Assembly (NCBI GenBank): GCA_965212015.1
Contig: OZ243037.1
Span: forward strand, 288,001-352,000
DNA length: 64,000 nt
Source of the DNA: Cenarchaeum sp.
GTDB lineage: Archaea > Thermoproteota > Nitrososphaeria > Nitrososphaerales > Nitrosopumilaceae
Direction: 5' to 3'
The translations under genes and the position numbers were made by a program. Positions 21,578 through 30,621 of this stretch are shown here, one piece after another (the stretch's first letter is position 1; each line of letters opens with the position of its first letter). The notes under the pieces were generated by a model. The model worked only from the letters and a program-made list of their open reading frames with translations. It was not told where the DNA came from and did no database searches.

Positions 21578-21664
21578 CGGCAATTTTGGGGATCAAAGTG
21601 GGAAAAAACATCCAAAAATCTGCTGTGTAGTGTGTCAGAAAGTGAAATTAATTGACAATGCCTC
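21578..21664 (+). repeat. About 88-bp dispersed repeat, copy 2
   Basis: About 90% identical to 17947-18034; 34 nt before ATG 21699. Confidence 0.9.
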
Positions 21665-21698
21665 ATCCCTTATTAGTAGGTAAAAAGTCCATTTTTGC

Positions 21699-22403
21699 AT
21701 GAACCAGCAGTACTATATCGTCTCTGCCCTTGCCGGCATGGCCATAATCGGCGCGTTCGTTTTTACGCATGTTCCCGAAGAAAACCCGGATGTGGAATTG
21801 CAGGATATCACTAATAACTATGATGCACGAGAAAATCTTACCATTATGGGAGGTGGCGGCGGTACCTCTTGGAGGACTACACACGTGCCAGACATTGCAG
21901 ATGATATTTCACACACGATTCGAGGAACTGTACTTTCTGTAGGGGAACCTATACACTGGGCGGAGAGAGAAATTGCTCCTCTAGGACATGCAGCATTTCC
22001 AGTCACCATGTCAGTGGATGAAATTTACAAGGGAACTTGGAATTCTACTACTTTTACGGTTTATGATCATATGTTTTATTACACATTAGATGATGATGGC
22101 AATCATGACCTGGCTTTTATAAATATAACTGCGACATTGCATGATCCAAACAAGGTTTATCTCAAATTGCCAGAACGTCCCCGATATGATATAGGCAAAG
22201 AATTAATCATACATACACAACCAGACAACGTTATGATTGAAAATTATCATGCAATAGATGACGTTGAATATCTTGAAGAATTTCTGCCATTTTATATCAC
22301 ACCATTGGGCGTATACTCTACATATACGATAAGAGATAACATTGCCTATGATCACTATGACAGAGTTATATCAATTGATGTTATAAGTACAGAAGCACAA
22401 TAA
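21699..22403 (+). CDS. Membrane-anchored/secreted hypothetical protein
   Basis: N-terminal TM; 234 aa. Confidence 0.75.
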   Translation: MNQQYYIVSALAGMAIIGAFVFTHVPEENPDVELQDITNNYDARENLTIMGGGGGTSWRTTHVPDIADDISHTIRGTVLSVGEPIHWAEREIAPLGHAAFPVTMSVDEIYKGTWNSTTFTVYDHMFYYTLDDDGNHDLAFINITATLHDPNKVYLKLPERPRYDIGKELIIHTQPDNVMIENYHAIDDVEYLEEFLPFYITPLGVYSTYTIRDNIAYDHYDRVISIDVISTEAQ

Positions 22404-22406
22404 GTC

Positions 22407-22568
22407 ATGACTCAAAACCACTCCCATATCTTTTTACTTGTCATTGCATCAGTTTTTTTAATAACAACTTTTGTAGGTGCAGATGCACAACGTGATAATG
22501 TGCCTCTTGACAGTCATAATCAAATAGTATGTTATGATGTAAATTTGGTCTGGACCCCTCTAGAGTAA
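22407..22568 (+). pseudogene. Truncated secreted-protein gene
   Basis: MTQNHSHIFLLVIASVFLITTFVGADAQ signal peptide, stops after 53 aa. Confidence 0.45.
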
Positions 22569-22825
22569 GACCACGATATCGCAGGCAGACGACGGGCCAA
22601 GCGGCAGTACGGGCGGGATTCCGATCGTGTTTTCGGCGGCAGACGGGGACAAGCTGGTAATAGAAATCGACGCCGACATCCGGATGATCAACACCACACA
22701 TGCCGAATCCCAGGTGCAGTAATTGCTGGGAACCACATCATGTGGTTAGAGATCCAGTCCAAGTTCAGTCCATTCTGATACACTAATGAATAGTGTTTTT
22801 TATATGGTATTACGATCTTGGAATC

Positions 22826-24373
22826 ATGATGAATCAGGCCATATTACTTCTAGTTGCCGGACTCTTTACAGCACATGTGGCATATGCGTATGCAGAACAG
22901 GATATAGACAAAAATGGCTCATCCGGACAGCCGGAATGCCAGATATGGCCCAACTGTACCATCGAGGTGCGCGAGTCAACGGAATACGTGTGGGGCAACA
23001 ACAAGACGGGAACCCGGACAGTAGAGCTGACCATAGAGTATCCGCCCCCGATCAAAGAGCTTGACGACTGTACAAAGGCCAGCGGTATCATACGGTGGGA
23101 TGCAAAGTTTGAGGGGCCAAAGGTTCTGCCGGATCTGCAGGAGGTAATAGATTCCGGCGCGGAACGGCTGTGCGTTACAATAGTGCATAATGTGGATGCG
23201 GCCACAATACGAGACTATGATATAGTACAAAAAAATATTTTAAGCCTACTAGGTCACAAGGACGTACAAACAGAGAGGGCCCAGTTTGCCCAATACCGCA
23301 CAATATGGGCGGCCATTCCCGCACACCTGCTCGATGATCTGGTAAAAAGCAATTATGTGGCAAACATTGATCTTTACGGCAAGGATCTTGAAATTCCGTG
23401 GCATATCACTCGGGGACTGGAATCCAAAGTTGACCCCCTGATATATCAAGAGATTGAAACCAAAATGAAACATTGTAGTCATTTTGAGGCCGGCTTGCCT
23501 TCCCCGACATATGACAGTAATTCTACCCTGATAGTACCAAGTGACTCGGATCTTGCATCATGTCCACTAGACAGGAATGCGGCCGGCTTGGAAACTCTCG
23601 AAGTATACATTGGATTGCCGAGGATTGAATTATGGCCAGATGGTTGGCCCGATGGTAAATACCCAACAAAAGAACAAAGGGTTGAGAGACGCATAGAAAA
23701 AAGCAAAGAAGTAGTAATGTCACAGCAGCCATTCATTGAATTTTTGGAATCAAACAATCAAACTGTAATATACAGATTTAATTTTACTAATTCACTTGAA
23801 GTCGATATTACCATTGATTTTCTGTCACAGCTTGAAGCAATGGATGAGGTGCTATATGTGGAGAGCCGCAATAATTTTGGCATACTTGCTGCCATAACGC
23901 CGGAGGAGCAAATGAAGATTGCCAACCAGTCCAGATCAACTTCTGATGAGACAGATGCAAAGTCCGACACACCTTCCAATAAAATCGACGTCAAGTTGGA
24001 CGGAGATAACGCTGTAATCAACATTTACGCGGACATAGTTCCAAGATCACTTCCCATAACGGACGAAATTATAGGAAAAAACGTTACCCTCCACATAAAC
24101 GACGGCCAGGTTCTGGACTATGAGGTGCTTCCCGGAGACGGACGATCAGATACCATGCTGGTGCTCTCAAACCCCGAAAAGAATACCTCCGAGCCCGCAC
24201 CGTTGCCATCACCAAAACAGCAGATCGCAGATGGCACGTCCCCGGATATGGTACAGTGTAGAGAAGGCCTCAGCCTCGCGATAATGAAGGAAAAACCCGT
24301 GTGCCTTTCCGAGCTCAGTATAGAAAAGCTTGCAAAGCGCGGATTAGACATAATTCGCGTCCACTTTCCATAA
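22826..24373 (+). CDS. Secreted protein with C-terminal SPKQQ...C...KPVC...KLAKRG module
   Basis: Signal peptide ending AYAYA; shared Cys module; possible propeptide-like ferredoxin folds (inference). Confidence 0.8.
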   Translation: MMNQAILLLVAGLFTAHVAYAYAEQDIDKNGSSGQPECQIWPNCTIEVRESTEYVWGNNKTGTRTVELTIEYPPPIKELDDCTKASGIIRWDAKFEGPKVLPDLQEVIDSGAERLCVTIVHNVDAATIRDYDIVQKNILSLLGHKDVQTERAQFAQYRTIWAAIPAHLLDDLVKSNYVANIDLYGKDLEIPWHITRGLESKVDPLIYQEIETKMKHCSHFEAGLPSPTYDSNSTLIVPSDSDLASCPLDRNAAGLETLEVYIGLPRIELWPDGWPDGKYPTKEQRVERRIEKSKEVVMSQQPFIEFLESNNQTVIYRFNFTNSLEVDITIDFLSQLEAMDEVLYVESRNNFGILAAITPEEQMKIANQSRSTSDETDAKSDTPSNKIDVKLDGDNAVINIYADIVPRSLPITDEIIGKNVTLHINDGQVLDYEVLPGDGRSDTMLVLSNPEKNTSEPAPLPSPKQQIADGTSPDMVQCREGLSLAIMKEKPVCLSELSIEKLAKRGLDIIRVHFP

Positions 24374-24582
24374 CCAATATAATGAATCATATCTCATCTA
24401 AAGCCATGCAAATTTCCCCAATACTGCTAAGTGGACTCATCTTGGGTATGACCCTTTTTGGACAAGCCTTTGCACAGTCTGCCGGTGGGGACACATCAGT
24501 TACGATCGACGAAGAACTAGTTCACAGGATGGTAAACGGAACCTTTGTCATAGAGAGGCAGCCAGTCCAGATAACCACTATA

Positions 24583-25672
24583 TAGTCAAACGCATAAATA
24601 ATTTGAAACTGGCATAACCTTCATGAAATATTTCATCACGTCTAATGAATATTTCTTTGTCCTGAAATACTCGCACAGTGCATATTTCATCTCGTCAAAT
24701 GTACGGTAATATTCAGACACCATCAGGTCGTGTTTTGCCCGTCTCCACCATTCTTCCATTGGGTTGAATTCTGGGCATCCTTTGGGAAGATAAATCATCC
24801 GTATATCAGGATTCTTTTTTAGGAATTCCATGAGTGCCTTTGATTTGTGCGGGGTTGCCCTGTCTGCAATTACTGCGATTTTTCCAAAATGATTGTGCAA
24901 ATCGCCTATAAACCTGATGCATGTTTTGCTGTTAAATTTTTCAGCAGATCTAAAGAAATGTCTCCCGTCCGTTGTGATGCCGCCAAACATTGTAACGACA
25001 TCATGTCTACCGGTGTATGGTAGTAGAATTCTCTTATTTATTGGAGACCAGTATTTTTGGCCAGGTATTACATCATAGATAAAAAACGACTCGTCTATGA
25101 CCACAACGGTATATCCCAGATTTTCTAGGCGTGAAATTTGCGGTCCCACACCGTGCTGAAATTTCTCGATTTCTTCCTTGTCGGATTTTTGAATGTGTAT
25201 TCTCTGTGGGGTTTTTCTGGAATATTTTAGCTGGTGAAGGATCTTTGTAACATGTCTGATATGATATTTGACTCCGGTTTTTTCATATATCTGCTGCATC
25301 AGGGTTTTTGGTGTTATCTTTTCTGTATCATTCAGGATGGATTCGATTGTTTCTTTGGATACGAATGAGGGACGGCCAGATCTAGGCCTGTCCTCCAGGC
25401 CTTTTGCTCCATCTTTCTTGTATGCGTCTAGCCAGTTTTGCACTGACTGGTACGATACGAAGAATTCACGCGCGGTATCTGCCACACTGCGTCCGTTTAT
25501 TTCTATCATGCAGACTGCGTGCAGTCGATATCCTATTGGTGTGCGTCTGTTGCGTTTGTAGGCCAGAAGGAGTTCTTCATTTTTTGTATCCATGGTACGT
25601 ATGAATGATTAGTGATCAAAAAAGAGCTTGGTCAAAAGTTATTGATCTTCAAAAGACTTATGCGTTTGGCTA
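24583..25672 (-). mobile_element. IS630-family insertion sequence
   Basis: TIRs TAGTCAAACGCATAAATAATTTGAA / TAGCCAAACGCATAAGTCTTTTGAA; TA target duplication at 24581-82 and 25673-74. Confidence 0.93.
24586..25593 (-). CDS. IS630-family DDE transposase
   Basis: HTH + RSGRP, IDES, DRATPH, PEFNPMEEWW. Confidence 0.95.
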   Translation of the reverse strand: MDTKNEELLLAYKRNRRTPIGYRLHAVCMIEINGRSVADTAREFFVSYQSVQNWLDAYKKDGAKGLEDRPRSGRPSFVSKETIESILNDTEKITPKTLMQQIYEKTGVKYHIRHVTKILHQLKYSRKTPQRIHIQKSDKEEIEKFQHGVGPQISRLENLGYTVVVIDESFFIYDVIPGQKYWSPINKRILLPYTGRHDVVTMFGGITTDGRHFFRSAEKFNSKTCIRFIGDLHNHFGKIAVIADRATPHKSKALMEFLKKNPDIRMIYLPKGCPEFNPMEEWWRRAKHDLMVSEYYRTFDEMKYALCEYFRTKKYSLDVMKYFMKVMPVSNYLCV

Positions 25673-25781
25673 TAGAGAATGCTCGGATCGTGACTATTTA
25701 CCGTACAGGATACTTTCAGATTGGAGGCATGTCGTTGATACCTTTAATTTGCGTTAGGCTTTGATGTAAAACGTGTGATTT

Positions 25782-26324
25782 ATGACTAAAAAAAAGATTG
25801 TTCTGCTGGGCGTGTGCATTTTTTTATTCGTTGTGATATTTGCCCCCAGGCAGGCAGACATCTATCTGCGGGAATGGGTACCCGAAAGTGACGCAAATTA
25901 TTATAAAACCCCGACAATATTTTTTGGAATAAACAATTATTTTCATGATAAGGAGCTAGAATTTGTTAGTTGGTCTGATGATTTTCAAATTGTCGGTGAA
26001 AAACAACTGTTGGAAAAACCCTCCCAACTTTCACACGAAGAAAAATTTGATATCCTAACTTCAGAATGCAAATTGTTGTTCCAAAATCATTTGTCCCTAT
26101 GTGATGCAGGCGGCATTTTCGGCACCGCCGACATATGTTACCTTTATTATGACAAGAGCAGATATGAGTATTGCATATCCGTATATGATCATACCCGTAT
26201 TAGCAACGAGGAATGCAAAATGCTACATGAAAAATATCTTGAACGCTGGGAAGGAATACTTTCCAAGTCATTTTTCATTGATTTTGACAGATTTGCGGAT
26301 AATAATTGTAAAGGACGAATATGA
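25782..26324 (+). CDS. Membrane-anchored Cys-containing hypothetical protein
   Basis: Basic N-terminus plus TM; 180 aa. Confidence 0.7.
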   Translation: MTKKKIVLLGVCIFLFVVIFAPRQADIYLREWVPESDANYYKTPTIFFGINNYFHDKELEFVSWSDDFQIVGEKQLLEKPSQLSHEEKFDILTSECKLLFQNHLSLCDAGGIFGTADICYLYYDKSRYEYCISVYDHTRISNEECKMLHEKYLERWEGILSKSFFIDFDRFADNNCKGRI

Positions 26325-26573
26325 GATCTCCAAATGAGATGTGCCTTTTTCACTGGAAGATGCCGGCCTTGCCGCGCCATTCAGACATGGCAGTTTCAAC
26401 CACCTGATGACTCAAAGCCGGAATTTCACATGTAAGATCGGATATTTAATCCTGTCACATGCCCTGAATCTTGTAACGGGCTAGAGCGTGTTTGGATCCG
26501 TAGGTATGGAATCCGGATGATTACGAACATTTCATAGCATTGTTTAATTATCACAGACTATGAGAAAAGCCAG

Positions 26574-27944
26574 ATGCTCAAAGTGGTAATTCCCCTGATG
26601 TTCCTTATGGTCGCGATTCCGGCATATTCTGAAATCCTCTCGCCTGCGGCGCAGCTCAAAGCCGGTATAATGATACAGGATGTACAGTGTGATTATGAGA
26701 AAACCCTCCTGGCATCCCCCAACGGCAGGCCGGCCTGCACGTCATTTGAGACCGCAGAGAGGCTCGCGCAGCGCGGATGGAATATCATCCGGACATTTGA
26801 TGATATGCGGCCATCTGATGGAAATCAAACAAACTCGGTGATGTCTAATATTCCGGATGATATTACAAGCCGGAACGGTACCGAATCATCAGGCATGATC
26901 CACGATGAGACAAACCAGACGCAGTCAAATATTATATCTAACGGCAAAGAAATTGATGAAATGCCGGTAAAAGACGAGTATTATGATTTTATAAAAACTA
27001 CCACATATGGTAACATCACCTCGCAGCACAACGGCATGTATCTAGTCAACAACAATCACATTACACTGGCGGGAATTGAACCCCTGCCAAATCCTGACGG
27101 ATTCTGGTTTCCAACCACCATAGTAAACTATGAGCGCGCGATGCAGCAGATTGCAGACGGCATTGATGACAGGGTAATCCTGGAAATAATAAACCCCGAT
27201 CTGGCACACAAACAGGGCGCAAAGTATGAGACTGAGAAAGGAAACAAGATACGAGCAGGACGAAGTGCCATAATATTTACAATATCCGGACATGACGGTC
27301 TGTCTCAAGGCTCGCTTGACTACAAGGATGACCTGTTTGATCTGGACAAGCAGGCAAAATATTCCGCAGAAAGGGGACTTGCAAATGACAGGGACGCTGC
27401 AATAAGAAATTTTGTTGAAAAGACCGGACTGCCGGATGTTCGCAAAATAGTTCACGGCGATATCGCCGCTACCGTATATCTTAACAATCCTCCCAGCACC
27501 GGAAAAATGAAATTTGATTTTTGGTCTAACAATCATATAGAAATAACGGTATCTCCTTGGACGCAGAATCTAGATCTACCTAAAAATCTTGGTCAATATG
27601 AGATGTCCAAACGTATCCATCAATTTGCGCTCGATAATGCGCATGTATTTGATCCAAAACGTTGTAAATTCACCCCGTATGATGAGCCATATCGCTCATA
27701 TGCAGGCGTAGAGAGAATTCAAGCAGGGGTACCTATTCATTCCATGCGAGTAGGCACCTGTTTTAATTCTGATTATCCGGATCATCAACCTCTTCAAGCG
27801 GTTTACATGGAAGGCATCACGGGCGAGATCGGCTGGTTTGACTCTCAAGCACCGCTAGTCGAGGACTGGCTAGACAGGATAGACATTCCAGAGTCTGCCA
27901 AGGTAAGAGACTGTACGATATATTGGGGAAATGATCGCTGCTGA
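26574..27944 (+). CDS. Secreted protein with N-terminal SPAAQ...C...GRPAC...RLAQRGW module
   Basis: Signal peptide; shared Cys module. Confidence 0.8.
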   Translation: MLKVVIPLMFLMVAIPAYSEILSPAAQLKAGIMIQDVQCDYEKTLLASPNGRPACTSFETAERLAQRGWNIIRTFDDMRPSDGNQTNSVMSNIPDDITSRNGTESSGMIHDETNQTQSNIISNGKEIDEMPVKDEYYDFIKTTTYGNITSQHNGMYLVNNNHITLAGIEPLPNPDGFWFPTTIVNYERAMQQIADGIDDRVILEIINPDLAHKQGAKYETEKGNKIRAGRSAIIFTISGHDGLSQGSLDYKDDLFDLDKQAKYSAERGLANDRDAAIRNFVEKTGLPDVRKIVHGDIAATVYLNNPPSTGKMKFDFWSNNHIEITVSPWTQNLDLPKNLGQYEMSKRIHQFALDNAHVFDPKRCKFTPYDEPYRSYAGVERIQAGVPIHSMRVGTCFNSDYPDHQPLQAVYMEGITGEIGWFDSQAPLVEDWLDRIDIPESAKVRDCTIYWGNDRC

Positions 27945-28410
27945 TACCTTTATAAGCACTACCAAAGAATTTGTGTAATAGGTTAGGTTGAGCACGAGGC
28001 CAATTTTCCCTGATCCGCCCGATCTAAATAATTTTGAGATCTGCTCTGTGTCACAAGCTGCCTAATTTTTCCCAGCGTAAACTAATCTAGGATTAATCTT
28101 GGCTATGTCGGTAAGCTCTGCATATGCACAAACGCCGGAGCTTTTCCTCGATGTGCCCGAAGGCAAACAGGTCTGGACGCACGAGCAGTTTGTCCTGGAT
28201 TCCGGGACATACTTTAGGTTTGTATCGGACACCAGCGGATTTTTCTATCCGCAGTTTATAGACAATATATTGGTTACCGAAATACCATAGACGATTCCCG
28301 CCCGTGACGCATCAAGATGTTTTTTTCAAACCCTGCGTGTGATGATAATCATCATTTCTGTAGACATACACCATGTGCAAACGGGCCGGATCATAACTGC
28401 GATTGGAAAC

Positions 28411-28464
28411 TTTGAATTACTCCCCTGTGCGTGATTCGAAATGATTGAATGGCGCCGGGTAAGG
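28411..28464 (+). repeat. Degenerate hairpin plus tRNA-Ser att remnant
   Basis: GCGCCGGGTAAGG (28452-28464) identical to 49620-49632; upstream CCTGTGCGTGATTCGAAAT matches CCTGTGCGGGATTCGAAAT at 21100. Confidence 0.65.
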
Positions 28465-28766
28465 ATGACGATGCGAACATTTGTTTCCCGACAATTCCGG
28501 CACAGGGCGCATTAAAATTCTTGTTAAATGCCACTGATAATTCAAAGGATGATGTATGGGTTAATTCCTGCATCATACAGTGGATGTATGTGTGATTATT
28601 TATTTCTTTGTATTGTACCGTGTATTGTATGGAAAAGAAAATTGATAAAATTACAATCATGCGAGACCGGACCGTACACTATGATTTGCGGGATATCGCA
28701 GAGTATTCGGCAAACACCAGACAGGCGGCACGGCCGGAGTATTGGACTGTATGACATTCGTGATTC

Positions 28767-29999
28767 CTATGCGCGCTTTCTGGAACGGGGCGTTGCACCG
28801 CCCTTTGCCTTTCTCTTCATCTCTGACATTTCCTTTTGCTGGTCCATATACATGGATTCGAGCGTCTCGAGCCTCTTGCACAGCACGTCAATTTCGGGCT
28901 CTTCGGCGGCCTTGGGCTCTGAGACTGTGGCGCTGCACCCCTTGCAGTGGCTCTTGTCAATATTGTTTCTTTTCCCGCATTTTTCGCACTTTATCATGTA
29001 TAGCTGGTTCCTACCCCTTCCCTTTTTCAGTCCGTGCAGCCTTAGGATGGCGTCCTCCTGGTCAGAGTCGGCAAGATGCTCGTAATATGCGAGCATGTTG
29101 GAGCCTTTCTTCCAGTTGCCATAAACCCTGGCCACGTTGCCCAACGTTTTGGATTTATCAGTCAGCGCCGTGTGCCGGAGCAGGTACGGGTATATCCTTT
29201 TTGATATGCCTGATTTTTTGTAGATGGTATTGAATGCATGCAGGAATATCTTGTATCTGCGATCCGAGCGGTAATTCGAAAAAAACAGGTAGGCGTCATG
29301 GTTTGCCGAGTCGGGATGATCTTCTAGCCACTCTTTTATGGGCTCCCGGGTGGTGACAAGGGCGAGATCCTTGGGCCCTGTCTTGCCGTGCGTGGATACC
29401 CTGACAAAATCCCTGTGGAATTCAAGCCCGCCAATCTTGATGTTGAGCAGCTCCCCCGGGCGGTATGCACCCTCGCGTATGGCGTACAGCATTGCGAGGT
29501 TCTGCTTTACGTACCTGCCGCCCTTTTTCTTTGCCGTCTGAAGCAGGCGGACAAACTGTGCAAAGGTAACGAGATCCTTGGCCTGAAGGGAGCAGTACCT
29601 GTTTTGAAACTCGCCCGGCCTTATCCACGCCACGCGCGGGTCGTACTTTATGTCACGTTTTGGATCGGCTATGTTGCCGTGTATGGCAAAGTGGTATATC
29701 CGCCTGAGCGTCGTCAGCGTGTCCTTTTTTGTAGAGTTGGCCCAGTCGCACGACGCTATCTCCAGGTGTATGTCGTGGATGTTCTTTTTGTTCCACTCGT
29801 TTACCGGCTTGTTGCAGATGGCGAGGATTCTCTTTAATGATTCGGCGTAAAACGATATCCTGGCGTCGGATCGGTTGAGCATTTTGAGTGCGTCGAAAAA
29901 ATCAGACGCAAGCCGGCCGTTGCATTCGCCGTATTGCTCCATGATTGCCATGCGGGCATTTTCGATCTTTTTCCTGCATCCGTGTATGTCCTCTGCCAT
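28767..29999 (-). CDS. Tyrosine recombinase/integrase with C-terminal zinc ribbon
   Basis: YRPGE, HGKTG, YLLRH, YYEH; CxxC-x10-CxxC. Confidence 0.92.
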   Translation of the reverse strand: MAEDIHGCRKKIENARMAIMEQYGECNGRLASDFFDALKMLNRSDARISFYAESLKRILAICNKPVNEWNKKNIHDIHLEIASCDWANSTKKDTLTTLRRIYHFAIHGNIADPKRDIKYDPRVAWIRPGEFQNRYCSLQAKDLVTFAQFVRLLQTAKKKGGRYVKQNLAMLYAIREGAYRPGELLNIKIGGLEFHRDFVRVSTHGKTGPKDLALVTTREPIKEWLEDHPDSANHDAYLFFSNYRSDRRYKIFLHAFNTIYKKSGISKRIYPYLLRHTALTDKSKTLGNVARVYGNWKKGSNMLAYYEHLADSDQEDAILRLHGLKKGRGRNQLYMIKCEKCGKRNNIDKSHCKGCSATVSEPKAAEEPEIDVLCKRLETLESMYMDQQKEMSEMKRKAKGGATPRSRKRA

Positions 30000-30400
30000 G
30001 CCTGACCTCTGGAAAAAAAATTATAAAAATACCTGTATTTTAAAATATTAATTTCCCAATTAATTTCTACGTGCCTGTATAATACGGGGTGTTTTCAAGA
30101 CAACGGGCCGGACTTGCAAATCCCGTCATGACGGCGATATCAAGGGAATCGTACCGGTATGACAAACTTTGAACCGCACCGACAGGTTTGTATTGGCATA
30201 TCAGAAACACGCTCCATGTTCATTCATGTGTGTGGCCGCAAACAATTGAACGGCGGAATAAAAATCGACACCTCTCTTGTTGGTGACATTCGATATTTGC
30301 AAGAGCTAGGCACAAGAGTGTGTTACACCATGGTATATGCAATAATCACGACTAGAAACATCGAATCCCTTACACGAAAGATACCCAAAATGGCAGGGGG

Positions 30401-30423
30401 GCGCCGGGTAGGGATTCGAACCC
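30401..30423 (+). repeat. att site: direct repeat of the tRNA-Ser 3' end
   Basis: GCGCCGGGTA-GGGATTCGAACCC vs 49620-49643 GCGCCGGGTAAGGGATTCGAACCC (one 1-nt gap). Confidence 0.88.
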
Positions 30424-30621
30424 TTGCGTCGGGATTGTAGGCGTGATTTTGCAGATTTGGGCAGCCTTTTGGCCCTGCCTAGTCGAGATCCATACCGGAA
30501 GGGTTGGAATCCCACACCGGCGGCCTGTCCAGCACCATACCCTATGGATCGGCGCAGAGCTTGTCGGAGGTTCAATATGAAAGTTCCGGGGGGGCTTAAA
30601 AGGGCCTCACAATTGGGAAAC

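Larger units (their letters stand above)
24382..25763 (+). pseudogene. Secreted-protein gene interrupted by IS630
   Basis: Signal peptide (QAFAQ); removing the IS plus one TA restores the frame ...QITTI-ENARIVTIYR... Confidence 0.6.

Noticed and set aside
27985-28066. Possible nested stem (TTAGG/CCTAA, GAGCA/TGCTC, GATCT/AGATC)
   Set aside because: Stems are only 5 bp and could arise by chance; no second copy or supporting context.
30401-30522. Second tRNA gene
   Set aside because: Only T-arm and acceptor-like pieces are present, with no D-arm or anticodon arm; treated as att/inverted repeat.
30424-30621. N-terminal extension of the plus-strand integrase given in the ORF track
   Set aside because: Runs through the att/hairpin region; similarity to the paralog begins near Met 30622.
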